Source: Thermoproteota archaeon
GTDB taxonomy: Archaea; Korarchaeota; Korarchaeia; Korarchaeales; Korarchaeaceae
Length of the DNA stretch: 50,898 bases
Direction of reading: 5' to 3'
NCBI GenBank assembly: GCA_027491415.1
Contig: JAOZFH010000032.1
Coordinates: 1 to 50,898 of the forward strand
A model generated the notes under the pieces. That model was not told the DNA's origin, ran no database searches, and worked only from the letters and a program-made list of their open reading frames with translations. Each line of letters begins with the position of its first letter. The first letter of the stretch is position 1. Below, piece by piece: positions 1-9,923 of the stretch. A program made the position numbers and the translations under genes.

Positions 1-238
1 CCTTGGTCGCGAACTCTCCCGTCCCTATGACCGCCACCTTGGCCTCCTTCCCCTTCGGCGCGTGTGGGAGCGCGACTATCTCGTTGATCTTGAGGGACGG
101 GTCCTTCTTTAGATCCAGCCCCCTGAACACCACCGTGAGGTCGACGGACTCCTTGAACCTCCTCCGGGGGCTCTCCTATATGGCCCTCCTCACGGCCTCC
201 CTCAGGGGATCTTCCAACGAGGAGATCGTAACGGCCAT
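1..238 (-). CDS. rpl1: 50S ribosomal protein uL1, 5' part (runs off window); in-frame TAG at codon 21 (176-178)
   Basis: Manual translation from ATG 238: MAVTISSLEDPLREAVRRAI*ESPRRRFKESVDLTVVFRGLDLKKDPSLKINEIVALPHAPKGKEAKVAVIG. This matches the archaeal L1 N-terminus (RxFxESVDL...V.LPH) and lies directly after rpl11. Absent from the ORF track. Confidence 0.88.
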
Positions 239-259
239 GATCAACACCCTCGCGCCTAT

Positions 260-751
260 TCAGGATCCCTCCTTCTTCAAGAGGTCGTCCCAGAGACCTG
301 CGTCGACATCCTTGATGGCCTCCTTGGGGTGCTTTCCCTCCACGGTCACGCCAACGCTGACGGCCGTGCCGAGTACCTGCTTCACCGCCGACTTCAGGCT
401 TGTGGTGTTCATGGACTCGAGCTTCATCTCGGCTACCTTCACGATCTGCTCCCTCTTCAGGTCACCGACCGACTTCGACCCAGCCTCGCCCGATCCCTTC
501 TCAACACCTATCTCTCGAATCAGCAGCATTGAGGTCGGGGGGAGGCCGACCCTCACCTCGTACTGCCTGGTCTCCAGATCGACGATTATCTCGACTGGGA
601 CCTTCATCCCCGCGTATTCCTTCGTCTTCTGATTGATCTCGCCTACTATCCTGCCTATGTCAACTCCGAGGCCGCCCAGCGCCGGACCGATCGGCGGCCC
701 AGGCGTGGCCTTTCCACCTTCCACGAGGACCTTGACGACCTTCTTGGGCAT
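260..751 (-). CDS. rpl11: 50S ribosomal protein uL11
   Basis: MPKKVVKVLVEGGKATPGPPIGPALG signature; spt5-rpl11-rpl1 order. Start ATG 751 (GTG 760 alternative). Confidence 0.97.
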   Translation of the reverse strand: MPKKVVKVLVEGGKATPGPPIGPALGGLGVDIGRIVGEINQKTKEYAGMKVPVEIIVDLETRQYEVRVGLPPTSMLLIREIGVEKGSGEAGSKSVGDLKREQIVKVAEMKLESMNTTSLKSAVKQVLGTAVSVGVTVEGKHPKEAIKDVDAGLWDDLLKKEGS

Positions 752-772
752 CTGGTACACCTCCTCAGCCTA

Positions 773-1306
773 TCAGGCTTCCTCTTCCCCAGGAGGAGCC
801 TCCTCCCCCTTCTCCTTCCCCTTCTCCACCAGCTTGACGCTGTCGACGGGGAGTTGGACCTCCCAGTCTCGTTCGATGTCGAGCAGCCTCGCCGTTATCA
901 ACTTTCTCCCCTTCCCCGAGGGTGAGGAGAGGACGAGCGCGCGGAACCCCTTGAAGTTACCCCTGATTATCTGGACTATGTCCCCCGGCTCTATCTCAAT
1001 CTTCTCGGGCTCCCTGTAGAGTAGGGCGTCGATCTCGGAGAGCGGAACGGGACTGCCGGGGAGCATCTTTGCCCTGGACACTCCCCTCACGAGCTTCCTG
1101 ACCTCGTACTCCCTGTCTGCCTCTAAGAACAGGTAACCCCTCAGCCTGGGGACGAAGAGGATGGATCTCACTCCCAGCCGGGAGTACTCTGCCTTCTTGG
1201 CGAGGAGCTTTATGATCCCGGCCTCTTGCCCAGCGGGCACCTTCACGACGAAGAAGAAAGCCCGCCCTTTTCGTTCCTCGCCTCCGCCCCCGGCGCCCTC
1301 GCTCAT
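773..1306 (-). CDS. spt5: Transcription elongation factor Spt5/NusG
   Basis: NGN domain (LRGYLFLEA) and KOW motif (EPGDIVQIIRGNFKG); start moved to ATG 1306. Confidence 0.93.
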   Translation of the reverse strand: MSEGAGGGGEERKGRAFFFVVKVPAGQEAGIIKLLAKKAEYSRLGVRSILFVPRLRGYLFLEADREYEVRKLVRGVSRAKMLPGSPVPLSEIDALLYREPEKIEIEPGDIVQIIRGNFKGFRALVLSSPSGKGRKLITARLLDIERDWEVQLPVDSVKLVEKGKEKGEEAPPGEEEA

Positions 1307-1326
1307 CGCCCAAGCACCCTCGGAGC

Positions 1327-1503
1327 CTATACCTGCCCCCCGCTCATCAGGGTGACGGCCAGCTGCAGGAGGAAGCCGATCAACCCGACGAGCAAGAAGC
1401 CCAAGAACGTTATCTTGAAGATCGTCCAGAGGTCGTCCCACGTGGGCTTTCTAGCCACCTTGAGCGTCCTCTTGATGGCCTCTAAGGTATCCTCGCCCAC
1501 CAA
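1327..1503 (-). CDS. secE: Protein translocase SecE/Sec61-gamma
   Basis: Manual translation: (M)VGEDTLEAIKRTLKVARKPTWDDLWTIFKITFLGFLLVGLIGFLLQLAV...; RxLKVARKP motif plus one TM helix, between ftsZ and spt5. Confidence 0.92.
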   Translation of the reverse strand: MVGEDTLEAIKRTLKVARKPTWDDLWTIFKITFLGFLLVGLIGFLLQLAVTLMSGGQV

Positions 1504-1514
1504 TGCGGCCCACC

Positions 1515-2708
1515 TCAGACGCCTTCAATCCCCAGGTCGCTCAATATATCCTTCTTGCTCCTGGCGGCCGGTCTCCTGATCCCTATCGTGGGCTTAGTGG
1601 GCTCCAGGGGACTCACCGCGGCCTCCCTCTCTATCTTCGCCTCCCTCACCACGCCTTCCAGCTCCTCTATGTAGGGCGAGGTCACCCCGGTGACGATGAG
1701 GAGTACCTGGACCACCCCCTCCAAGTCGTCCTCTATCCTGGCGCCCCAGATCACGTTTGCCTCCGGGTCCAGCGCGCTTACCACGGTCTCTACGACCCTC
1801 TTCATCTCCTGCAGGGACAGGTCCGGTCCGCACGTTATGTTCACCACGGCGGCCTTGGCGCCCGAGATGTCCGCTTCGAGCAGTGGGTTTGCGAGCGCGT
1901 CTTCCACGGCCTCAACGGACCTGTCCTCCCCCTCGCTCTCTCCGAACGCGAGTATAGCAGGACCACCGCGCTCCAGGACGGCTCTAAGGTCGGCGAAGTC
2001 TACGTTGATGAGCCCGGGCTTGGTCACCAGCTCAACGACGCCCTTGACCGACCTGGCCATTATCTCGTCCGCTATCAGGAACGCCTCGTGCAGGGGGCGG
2101 TCGCCGACCAGCTCCAGTATCCGGTCGTTGTTCACGATCACGACGGTGTCAGAACTCTTCAGGACGTTTGCGAGCCCCTCTCTGGCGATCTCGTTTCTCC
2201 TCCTCCCCTCGGCCTCGAAGGGGAGGGTGACCATAGAGACCACCACGGCCCCGAGCTCCTTCGCGACGCTCGCTATCACGGGGAGCCCGCCGGTGCCGGT
2301 CCCGCCGCCTAGGCCGGCCATCAGAAAGACGATGTCCGATCCGTCCAACAGCTCCCTGATCTCCGGCTCGCTCTCCTTTGCAGCCTCCTCGCCTATCTTG
2401 GGGTCCCCCCCAGCCCCGCTTCCACCACATAGCTCCCTTCCGAGGAGGAGCTTCCTGTCGGCGACGCTCTCTAAGAGGTGCTGGGCGTCGGTGTTGGCCG
2501 CCACGGTGACGACGCCCTCCAGCCCGAGCGCGTTCAGCCTGGTGACCGTGTTGCTGCCTGCACCGCCCACGCCCACGATGACTATCTTCGCCCTCACCCT
2601 CTCGAGGAACTCCCTGAGGTACTGGTCCTCCAGCGCCTCCCTGCGTCCTTCTGAGGCTCCTGTGGGCGGAGATAGGGCCCTTTTAGCTAACGACTTCACC
2701 TCAATCAC
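1515..2708 (-). CDS. ftsZ: Cell division protein FtsZ (FtsZ1-type by context)
   Basis: GVGGAGSN, GGGTGTG tubulin signature, INVDFAD T7 loop; ftsZ-secE-spt5 synteny. Confidence 0.96.
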   Translation of the reverse strand: MIEVKSLAKRALSPPTGASEGRREALEDQYLREFLERVRAKIVIVGVGGAGSNTVTRLNALGLEGVVTVAANTDAQHLLESVADRKLLLGRELCGGSGAGGDPKIGEEAAKESEPEIRELLDGSDIVFLMAGLGGGTGTGGLPVIASVAKELGAVVVSMVTLPFEAEGRRRNEIAREGLANVLKSSDTVVIVNNDRILELVGDRPLHEAFLIADEIMARSVKGVVELVTKPGLINVDFADLRAVLERGGPAILAFGESEGEDRSVEAVEDALANPLLEADISGAKAAVVNITCGPDLSLQEMKRVVETVVSALDPEANVIWGARIEDDLEGVVQVLLIVTGVTSPYIEELEGVVREAKIEREAAVSPLEPTKPTIGIRRPAARSKKDILSDLGIEGV

Positions 2709-2800
2709 CTCACTAACTTACTCAAAACCGCGCGGTCCCGCCGCTCATATTAAATATGGTGGTAAGCGATACGTCGAGCGCGGCGTTGCGCCGAGTCGGT

Positions 2801-2891
2801 GGGCCCGTAGCTCAGCCTGGTAGAGCGCCGGCCTTGCACGCCCCGCCAGGAAAGCCGGAGGTCGCGGGTTCAAGTCCCGCCGGGTCCACCA
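2801..2891 (+). tRNA. tRNA-Ala(TGC) with 14-nt intron at 37/38 (2839-2852)
   Basis: Acceptor GGGCCCG/CGGGTCC with G3:U70, anticodon TGC 2835-2837, T-loop GTTCAAGT, CCA encoded; intron forms a bulge-helix-bulge (CTTG/CAGG). Confidence 0.95.
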
Positions 2892-2947
2892 CACATCCCC
2901 CTCCCGAGGGAACCTTAATATTGGGTGGGCCTGTCGCCAGCGGTCGA

Positions 2948-3042
2948 GGGCCCGTGGCTCAGCCTGGCAGAGCGCCCGGCTGATAACCCATCTGGTGGTG
3001 GAAACCGGGAGGTCGCGGGTTCAAGTCCCGCCGGGCCCACCA
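2948..3042 (+). tRNA. tRNA-Ile(GAT) with 18-nt intron (about 2986-3003)
   Basis: Cloverleaf, stem CCCGG/CCGGG, anticodon GAT 2982-2984, CCA encoded; splice motif relaxed (BHL-like), exact boundary ambiguous. Confidence 0.93.
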
Positions 3043-3066
3043 CCCATCTCCCGAGGGTGTCCCTCG

Positions 3067-4131
3067 TTGAGGCTCTGGGTCGACATAGTGAACTCACCCC
3101 ATGTCAGGCTCTTTGAGAGGTTCCTGTCCCTGTTCTCGTCGGATCTAGAGGAGGTATTGGTGACTACCAGAAGGTACGGGGTCCTCCCAGACCTCGTTCA
3201 AAGGCTGATCTCTCCCATTCTGGGCCAGCGCACAGAGATCCTCGTGGTCGGCGAGAGGGAGGCGGATCGGGTCGGAAAGCTGAAGTCCCACCTGCTCCGC
3301 ATCTTGGCCCTTGCAGACCTGGTCTCCGAGTTCGAGCCCGATGCAGCCGTCTCGAAGGCATCTCCCGAGCTCGCGAGGGTGGCCTTTGGACTAGGAGTCC
3401 CGTCGGTGATCGCAAATGACAACGATGAGAGCGCGTTCGTATGCAGGCTATCTCTTCCGCAGGCCGACTCGATAGTAGTCCCTGAGTCGTTTCCCGATCG
3501 AGTCATCTTGGCCAGCGGGGGATCACTGCGAGCGACGAGGAAGTTCCGGGGAGTTTTCGAGGTCGCGCACGTCCTTCAGCACTTCGATCGGGGGCCCTTC
3601 GAACCGGTTCGACCGGAGGACCTTGGGGTCGAGCCGGGCGGGTACGTGATCTTCCGGCCGGAACCCTTCGGAGCCTCTTACCTCACGGGGGCCACCAGGT
3701 CGCCCCAGTACCTCAGGGAGATTTCGCGCAGATACGACGTCGTTGTGATCCCAAGGGGACCGGAGGACGAACCTCTCTGGCGGAGGGAGGGCGCCAAGGT
3801 GGTGTCGCCGCCGGTCGACTTCCTGGACCTGGCGTCGCGGGCGGCGGCCGTCGTGGGGGCTGGCGGGACGATGACCCGCGAGGCCGCCCTCCTTGGGGTT
3901 CCCGCGGCGTCAGCCTTCCCCGGCAGGGAGCCCTGCGTCAGCCTTGAGCTTGAGCGGCTCGGGTTGATCTACAGGCTCAGTGACCCAGTAGACGTCCAAA
4001 AGTTCCTGGACCTCGCGAAAGACCGCGCGGCCTGGGAGCGGCGGGCCAGGGACTACATTCACTCTGCCGAGGATCCAGCTAGGGTCCTTTGGGAGGAGGT
4101 CAATCGCTTGGTCGAGCGCCGGACAGCTTGA
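3067..4131 (+). CDS. DUF354 family protein (GT-B-like fold)
   Basis: N-terminal RLWVDIVNSPHV and C-terminal GAGGTMTREAALLGVPA; start TTG 3067, since the ORF-track start lies inside the tRNA. Confidence 0.8.
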   Translation: MRLWVDIVNSPHVRLFERFLSLFSSDLEEVLVTTRRYGVLPDLVQRLISPILGQRTEILVVGEREADRVGKLKSHLLRILALADLVSEFEPDAAVSKASPELARVAFGLGVPSVIANDNDESAFVCRLSLPQADSIVVPESFPDRVILASGGSLRATRKFRGVFEVAHVLQHFDRGPFEPVRPEDLGVEPGGYVIFRPEPFGASYLTGATRSPQYLREISRRYDVVVIPRGPEDEPLWRREGAKVVSPPVDFLDLASRAAAVVGAGGTMTREAALLGVPAASAFPGREPCVSLELERLGLIYRLSDPVDVQKFLDLAKDRAAWERRARDYIHSAEDPARVLWEEVNRLVERRTA

Positions 4132-4357
4132 TCCTGATCACGGCCGCCCTCACGGAGAGGTACCAGCCCCCCAGGGAAACGGCTAGCGCCGCCAACCCGG
4201 CCAGCACCTTTAACCCCTCAAGGATGGGGTTTCCCGCGGACCAGTTCGTCACGAGGACGCGCCCAATCAGGTAAGCTGCCAACATGAGGGCCCAGCCCTC
4301 TAGCACGAGCGCGACGCCGACCAACAACCCCCTGTCGACCCCCATGACGCTCACCAC
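4100..4357 (-). CDS. Small two-TM membrane protein, unknown function
   Basis: 85-aa ORF with two hydrophobic helices, overlapping the stop of the upstream GPT-family gene. Confidence 0.6.
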   Translation of the reverse strand: MVSVMGVDRGLLVGVALVLEGWALMLAAYLIGRVLVTNWSAGNPILEGLKVLAGLAALAVSLGGWYLSVRAAVIRIKLSGARPSD

Positions 4358-5343
4358 CCCGGAGTCAGGGCGAGGAGAGTCAGCACCGCCAGGAGCGCGG
4401 ACAGGCCCGTGAGGAGGTGAGCCTCCCTGACGACCTCCGGCTCGGTCTTGGGCCTGTCGAGCGTGAGTATCGATATGAGGGTTATCGGGGCGGCCGGGTC
4501 CGGATTCGCCCTGATTAAACCACGGGAATCGACCAAGACGGGTCTCCTGACAATCTGCCGCCTCTCCCTCAGTCCTCCCACGCTGCTTAGCAGGAAGAAC
4601 CCCGAGACCATGAATGGCAGCATCGCAATCAGCAGGAAGGCCTCAAGCCCGTCGTACACCGGGAGGGCGCTGAGGGCGGCCCCTATGGACAGGGAACCAA
4701 CGTTGCCCGAGAACACACGTGCTGGGTACCTGTTGTACCGGTAGTAGGCCAGCAGGGCGACCCCTAGGACTAGGGCTAGCTGCGCGGTCGCGACCCCACC
4801 GGTCAGCGCGCCGATAGCGACCATGGCGCCGCAGGCGATTGCGACGCTTAGGGGCATCATCCCGTTCAGCGCGTCGTACATATTGACCGCGTTCGTGACT
4901 ACAGCCGCGTACGCGGGCACCAGTACGTTTATGGCGATGAAGAGCCTCGCCCTGCCCAGGAGCGGGAGAAGGGGCCTTGGGTTCAGCGCGCCCGCCGCGA
5001 TCAGGGGCGCCGCAACCCCGAGCGTCAGGGTTGGCTTGAGCACCCCGCCAAGGTCCACCCGGTCGTCGAGCGCGCCGATCAGGGCCCCCGCGGCCGCAGC
5101 CCCCACGAACCCCACGGAGTGGGCCGAGCGTGTCAGCACCCAGAGGAGGGCAGCTCCTACCGTTGCCCCAGCGAAGACGGCGAACCCGGCCCCCTCTGGC
5201 ACCTTGGGGTGGCCAGGCTTGTGCAAATCCACTCCGACCATCCCCTTCTGGCGCAGCCTCACCTCGAGGCGTCTGGTGAGCAGGTCCGTCACCGCGCCCG
5301 CCGCCGCGGCGGAGATCAGCGCGGCCGCGAGTACTCCGAGCAT
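4351..5343 (-). CDS. Polyprenyl-phosphate HexNAc-1-phosphate transferase (MraY/GPT/AglH family), paralogue A
   Basis: DLHKP..PKVPEGAG, GALDD, NAVNMYDALNG, NRYPARVFSGN; multiple TM helices; start ATG 5343. Confidence 0.88.
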   Translation of the reverse strand: MLGVLAAALISAAAAGAVTDLLTRRLEVRLRQKGMVGVDLHKPGHPKVPEGAGFAVFAGATVGAALLWVLTRSAHSVGFVGAAAAGALIGALDDRVDLGGVLKPTLTLGVAAPLIAAGALNPRPLLPLLGRARLFIAINVLVPAYAAVVTNAVNMYDALNGMMPLSVAIACGAMVAIGALTGGVATAQLALVLGVALLAYYRYNRYPARVFSGNVGSLSIGAALSALPVYDGLEAFLLIAMLPFMVSGFFLLSSVGGLRERRQIVRRPVLVDSRGLIRANPDPAAPITLISILTLDRPKTEPEVVREAHLLTGLSALLAVLTLLALTPGW

Positions 5344-5365
5344 TCGGTCGACCCCCTCCTTTCCG

Positions 5366-5375
5366 TTTATTAAAT
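5366..5375. promoter_or_regulatory. Shared TATA element between the divergent GPT paralogues
   Basis: TTTATTAAAT about 22 nt from both ATG 5343 (-) and ATG 5397 (+). Confidence 0.6.
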
Positions 5376-5396
5376 GGGGGGCCTTGTCGCCAGAGG

Positions 5397-6329
5397 ATGC
5401 TCGAGTGCGCTCTTCCTCCACTGCTGTCGCTGGCGCTGACGGCCGCCGCGCAGAGCAGGTGGATCGCGATCTCTGAGTCGAGGGGATGGACCGCGAGAGA
5501 CGTCCACAAGCCCGTGAAGCGCTTCTGCGTCAGCGCGGGGGCACTACCCTCGGTGGCGGGAGCGGCCGCTGGTCTCCTGGCCCTGAGTCTCCTCACCAGA
5601 AGTGCCGAACTGGGCGTTGTACTCGCGGTACCACTCTTCCACGCGGCCATGGGGATCTACGATGATCACGTGGGCCTCTCCAATCTTGAAAAGGTGATCC
5701 TTGGGGCCGTCCCATTCCTCCTTCTCCACCCTCAGCCGAGACGCATCCTGTGGCTATCTATGCCAACGTGGGCGTTTCCAGTCTGGGCCGCCCTTCTGGG
5801 GACGTTCTCCGTTAATGCGATCAACATACTGGCGGGATTCAACGGGATAGAGGCGGGCTACTCCCTCCTGGTAGCGCTGGCGCTGGCGATCCACGCGTGG
5901 CTCTCCGGAGATCTGCTGACGGTCGCCGTGTCGCTCGTCTTCCTGGCTGCCCTCGTTCCCTTCCTCCGGTACAACGTCTACCCGGCCAGAGCATTTCCCG
6001 GCAACGTCGGCACGTTCTTCATGGGCGGGTACCTGGCCATTTACGCGCTTCTGGCCGGACTAGACTGGGTTCTCATCCTGATGCTCTCACCTCACGCGGT
6101 AGACTTCCTCTTGAAGGTCTTCCGGTGGGGGAGGACTTCCACCAAGGGGAGATCGAGGGTCCTCCCCGACGGCAGGCTCGCTCCACCCCCCCACCTCTCG
6201 CTGGTGGGCCTGCTCCTCAGGGTCCGAAGGATGACCGAGCCCCAGCTGGTGTTATCGATCCTGACGCTCGGCGCCGCCATGCTGGCCCTAAGCCTGTTCT
6301 TGCCGCCTCTCGTACATGCGCCAGCTTAG
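5397..6329 (+). CDS. Polyprenyl-phosphate HexNAc-1-phosphate transferase (GPT/AglH family), paralogue B
   Basis: DVHKP, GIYDD, NAINILAGFNGIE (DPAGT1-like), YNVYPARAFPGNVGT. Confidence 0.88.
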   Translation: MLECALPPLLSLALTAAAQSRWIAISESRGWTARDVHKPVKRFCVSAGALPSVAGAAAGLLALSLLTRSAELGVVLAVPLFHAAMGIYDDHVGLSNLEKVILGAVPFLLLHPQPRRILWLSMPTWAFPVWAALLGTFSVNAINILAGFNGIEAGYSLLVALALAIHAWLSGDLLTVAVSLVFLAALVPFLRYNVYPARAFPGNVGTFFMGGYLAIYALLAGLDWVLILMLSPHAVDFLLKVFRWGRTSTKGRSRVLPDGRLAPPPHLSLVGLLLRVRRMTEPQLVLSILTLGAAMLALSLFLPPLVHAPA

Positions 6330-7829
6330 GATGGGTTTTCTGGCGGCGAGCACTTCGTCGAGCCTGCCGACGGCCGTGGAGCGAGGCGCCGTCTTGAGGA
6401 TATCCGGATCCTCGTACGCCTCCCGCAGCGCCCTCTCCAGGGCGGCCACGTACCTGTCAAGCTCCCTCTTGCTGTCCGACTCGGTCGGCTCTATCATCAG
6501 AGCCTCCTCCACAATCAATGGGAAGTACATCGTCGGCGGGTGAACCCCGAGGTCGAGCAGCCTCTTGGCAACGTCCAGCGCCCTGACCCCTGTCTCCCTC
6601 CTGAGCGTCTTCAGGCTTATCACAAACTCGTGCTTACACGGATCCCCTGCTCCGTACTGTATCGATACGCCCCTCAGCCTGCGTACCTTGCTGAGCACGT
6701 AGTTTGCGTTCAACACGGCGGCGCCGGATACTGCCCTCACTCCCTCCGATCCCAGGCGCTTGAGGTACGCCCACGCCTTCACCACCACCCCGAAGTTCCC
6801 GTAGAACGCCCTAACCCTGCCGATGGTCTTTGGCACCGAGTAGTCCAGGTAGTATCCGTTCTCCCCTCTCCTCACCAGCGGGACCGGTAGGAAATCTTTC
6901 AGCCCGTCAACGACTCCCACAGCCCCGGCGCCGGGACCCCCCGAACCGTGAGGAGCTGAGAACGTCTTATGCAGGTTGAGGTGGGCGACGTCCACGCCCA
7001 TGTCGGAGAGGAGGACCCTCCCGAGGATGGCGTTGAGATTCGCCCCGTCGTAGTAGATCAGGCCGCCGGCCCCATGCACCAAGTCCGCTATCTCCAGAAT
7101 CTCGGTCTCGAACAGTCCGAGCGTATTGGGGTTTGTGAGCATCATCCCGGCGGTGCGCTCACCGACGGCCTCCCTGAGCGCGGCCATGTCCACCCTGCCC
7201 CTCTCGTCGCTCGGGATCTTGACCACCTTGAATCCCGCCATGGCCGCGCTGGCGAAGTTGGAGCCGTGTGCCGACACCGGGATCAGCATCTCGTCCCGCT
7301 GCGACTCGCCCCTGTCCTGGTGGTAGGCTCTGATCATCAGCGCCCCCGTGAACTCCCCGTGGGCACCGGCGGCGGGCTGAAGCGTGTAGTGGGGGAGTCC
7401 CGTGAGCTTGGCCAGCATCTCGGCCAACTCGAACATTATCTGCAGGGCCCCCTGAACAGTTTCCTCGGGCTGATAGGGGTGAAGCCTGGTCACCTGTGGG
7501 AGGGCGGCCAGCCTCTCGTGCAGCTTTGGGTTGTACTTCATCGTGCAGGAGCCGAGCCAGTAGGACCCGCTATCGACCCCATAGTTCATCTCCGCGAGGC
7601 GAGAGAAGTGCCTCGCCACTTCGGGGGCGGCCAGGGACGGCAGCCGCAGATCCCTCCTCCTCAGGTTCTCGGGGACCAGCTCCTCAGGCGAGCCAACTCC
7701 CAGCTCCTCCAACAGCTCCGGCTCCACCCTGAAGCGGTAGTAACCGTCGCCGTGCGATAGCTCGAACAGGGTCGGCTCTAGGATATCTCGGCCCGCAGCC
7801 CACCTGGCCTGCCTGAACTCATCCTCCAT
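6288..7829 (-). CDS. gcvPB: Glycine dehydrogenase (decarboxylating) subunit 2
   Basis: LGSCTMKYNP, QPAAGAHGE, HLNLHKTFSAPHGSGGPG (PLP lysine), LMIEPTES. Confidence 0.97.
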   Translation of the reverse strand: MEDEFRQARWAAGRDILEPTLFELSHGDGYYRFRVEPELLEELGVGSPEELVPENLRRRDLRLPSLAAPEVARHFSRLAEMNYGVDSGSYWLGSCTMKYNPKLHERLAALPQVTRLHPYQPEETVQGALQIMFELAEMLAKLTGLPHYTLQPAAGAHGEFTGALMIRAYHQDRGESQRDEMLIPVSAHGSNFASAAMAGFKVVKIPSDERGRVDMAALREAVGERTAGMMLTNPNTLGLFETEILEIADLVHGAGGLIYYDGANLNAILGRVLLSDMGVDVAHLNLHKTFSAPHGSGGPGAGAVGVVDGLKDFLPVPLVRRGENGYYLDYSVPKTIGRVRAFYGNFGVVVKAWAYLKRLGSEGVRAVSGAAVLNANYVLSKVRRLRGVSIQYGAGDPCKHEFVISLKTLRRETGVRALDVAKRLLDLGVHPPTMYFPLIVEEALMIEPTESDSKRELDRYVAALERALREAYEDPDILKTAPRSTAVGRLDEVLAARKPILSWRMYERRQEQA

Positions 7830-7830
7830 G

Positions 7831-9237
7831 TTACTTCACCTCCCCCAGCGCCGCGACAAGCGCGTCTAAGTCCGCCTTCGAGTGCCTCTCCGTAGTCGCG
7901 ATCAGGACGCTGTCTCTGAGCTCCGGGAACCACCTGCCCACCCAGGGGCCTATCAAGATCCCTCTCTCGACGAGTCTCCCGACCGCCGCCTGCCAGTCGA
8001 CGGACTCGGCGGACACTAGGAACTCCTTGAAGTGGAAGGAGTCGAATCTTGGCGCCGACAGGCCCGGAATCTCGTTGATCCTCCTCTGCAGATAGTGAGA
8101 GTTGGCCAAGATCTTCTCTCCGAGGGTTCGCATCCCGCTTGGCCCTAGGAGCGCCAGGTAGACCGCGGCCCTGATGGCCATGAGGGCCTCGTTGGTCGTG
8201 ATGTTGGAGGTCGCCCTTTCCTGCCTTATGTGCTGCTCCCTCGTCTGCAGGGTCATGACGTAGCCACGCCTCCCGTCGGCGGTCCGCGTCATTCCTATGA
8301 CCCTCCCGGGGAGCTGGCGTATGAGCCTCGGATCTGCTCTGGTGGCGAAGATCCCGAGGTATGGCCCGCCATAGCTCATGTAAAGCCCTAGAGGTTGTCC
8401 CTCGCCCACGACGATGTCCGCGCCCATCTCCCCCGGCGCGCGGAGCACGCCCAGAGCCGATGGGTCGACTCCTGCAACCATAAGACCCCCGGCTCGGTGA
8501 ACCGCGTCTGCAGCTCCCTCAATGGGTTCCTCCGCGACTCCGAAGAAGTTCGGGTACTCTAGATAGACCATGGCGGTGTCCCCATCGACGGCCTCCTCGA
8601 TCCGATCCAGCGGGACGGTCCCCCGGCTCCGATCGAAATTGATCTCCCTTATCTCGGCGTGAGGTCCAACGTATGTTCTGAGAACCTCAAGCCTCTCGGG
8701 GTGGGCGCTCCTCGGGACGACCAGAACGCGGCGCCTCGTCACCCTCAGCGCCATCCGGGCGGCCTCGCCGAGAGCCGTGGACCAGTCATAGAGGGAGGAG
8801 TTGGCGGCTTCCATTCCGGTAAGCTCGCAGATGAGTGATTGGTACTCAAACAGGGCTTGAAGAGATCCCTGCGAGATCTCAGGCTGGTAGGGAGTATAGG
8901 CCGTGTAAAACTCCTGCTTACCGGAGGCTTCGTCGACGAGCGCCGGGACGTAGTGATCCCAGGACCCTCCCCCCATGAAGCACTTCAAGTTCCAAGCTCC
9001 TAAGTTTCTCTCCAGGATCCTCTCCGCCTCCGCCTCGACGGAGACCTCGTCTCCGCCCTCGCCAATGTCGGGCGACTCTCTGAGCAGCGCCAATTCGGGC
9101 ACGTCTCGAAATAGTTCTTCCACAGAACCTACGCCTATCTCGCCCAACATCTCCTCGATCGTTTCCTCATCCCAATTGGGGATGAGGCCCGTTACCGGCC
9201 TAACAGCCCCCCGCCCTCCAGAGTCTTTCCCTCTCAA
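7831..9237 (-). CDS. gcvPA: Glycine dehydrogenase (decarboxylating) subunit 1
   Basis: [41 protein letters not shown]. Confidence 0.97.
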   Translation of the reverse strand: MRGKDSGGRGAVRPVTGLIPNWDEETIEEMLGEIGVGSVEELFRDVPELALLRESPDIGEGGDEVSVEAEAERILERNLGAWNLKCFMGGGSWDHYVPALVDEASGKQEFYTAYTPYQPEISQGSLQALFEYQSLICELTGMEAANSSLYDWSTALGEAARMALRVTRRRVLVVPRSAHPERLEVLRTYVGPHAEIREINFDRSRGTVPLDRIEEAVDGDTAMVYLEYPNFFGVAEEPIEGAADAVHRAGGLMVAGVDPSALGVLRAPGEMGADIVVGEGQPLGLYMSYGGPYLGIFATRADPRLIRQLPGRVIGMTRTADGRRGYVMTLQTREQHIRQERATSNITTNEALMAIRAAVYLALLGPSGMRTLGEKILANSHYLQRRINEIPGLSAPRFDSFHFKEFLVSAESVDWQAAVGRLVERGILIGPWVGRWFPELRDSVLIATTERHSKADLDALVAALGEVK

Positions 9238-9332
9238 GGGAGATCGCAGCAGCCCGAGGTCATACGATAATTAGATTCTCCCTCAGACCCCGCGACCCAG
9301 GGCCCTGCGAAGACTCTCACGAAGGGGCTTGA

Positions 9333-9356
9333 TGAAACTTTCAAGCGAAAGTTTCA
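9333..9356. repeat. Perfect 10-bp inverted repeat, candidate operator
   Basis: TGAAACTTTC-AAGC-GAAAGTTTCA in the gcvPA / RHH-ftsZ2 divergent intergenic region. Confidence 0.6.
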
Positions 9357-9692
9357 CTCACATCGGTCCTCCACACGACCGGGCCGGTACCGACCCGAAG
9401 TTATTTCTTAGATAGATATTATCAGGCTCCGCACTCGGCCATTAATCCAAACCAATTAACCTATCCTTCAATAAGATGCGTTACTTCGTTTCCATGCTGA
9501 TATAATCTCCGCAGCTTGATGTTCTCAAATTAATTGGAGTTTCCTTATAAGATCCTTGGCTCGAAGTTGCGCACGTCGGCCGCACGCGCGCTCCAACCTC
9601 TTTCTGTAGGTCGGGAGTCGGCTCCTACGGACCTTTATTTGCCGACTTGTAGACTAGGCTGTCCCGCGGGCGCATTTAACCCGCGGGAGCGT

Positions 9693-9923
9693 ATGAGTAT
9701 GTCAGAGGGTTACCGGGCCAGGAGAGCCGGATCCGACGGTGTCTTTTCCCCCGCCGTTGTGTCAGTAAAGCTTCCTATAAGCCTCCTCAACCAGCTTGAG
9801 ATCCTTAGGGACGCGCTTGGCTACTCAACGAGGAGCGAGCTAATTAGAGATGCCCTCAGAGAGTTCATCCTGAGCAGGCACCGTCTCATTGGCGCCTACT
9901 CTCCAGAGGGAGGTGGAGCGTGA
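9693..9923 (+). CDS. Ribbon-helix-helix transcription factor, CdrS-like
   Basis: VVSVKLPISLLNQLEILRDALGYSTRSELIRDALREFI is a CopG/RHH pattern; stop overlaps the ftsZ2 start (GTGATG). Confidence 0.8.
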   Translation: MSMSEGYRARRAGSDGVFSPAVVSVKLPISLLNQLEILRDALGYSTRSELIRDALREFILSRHRLIGAYSPEGGGA

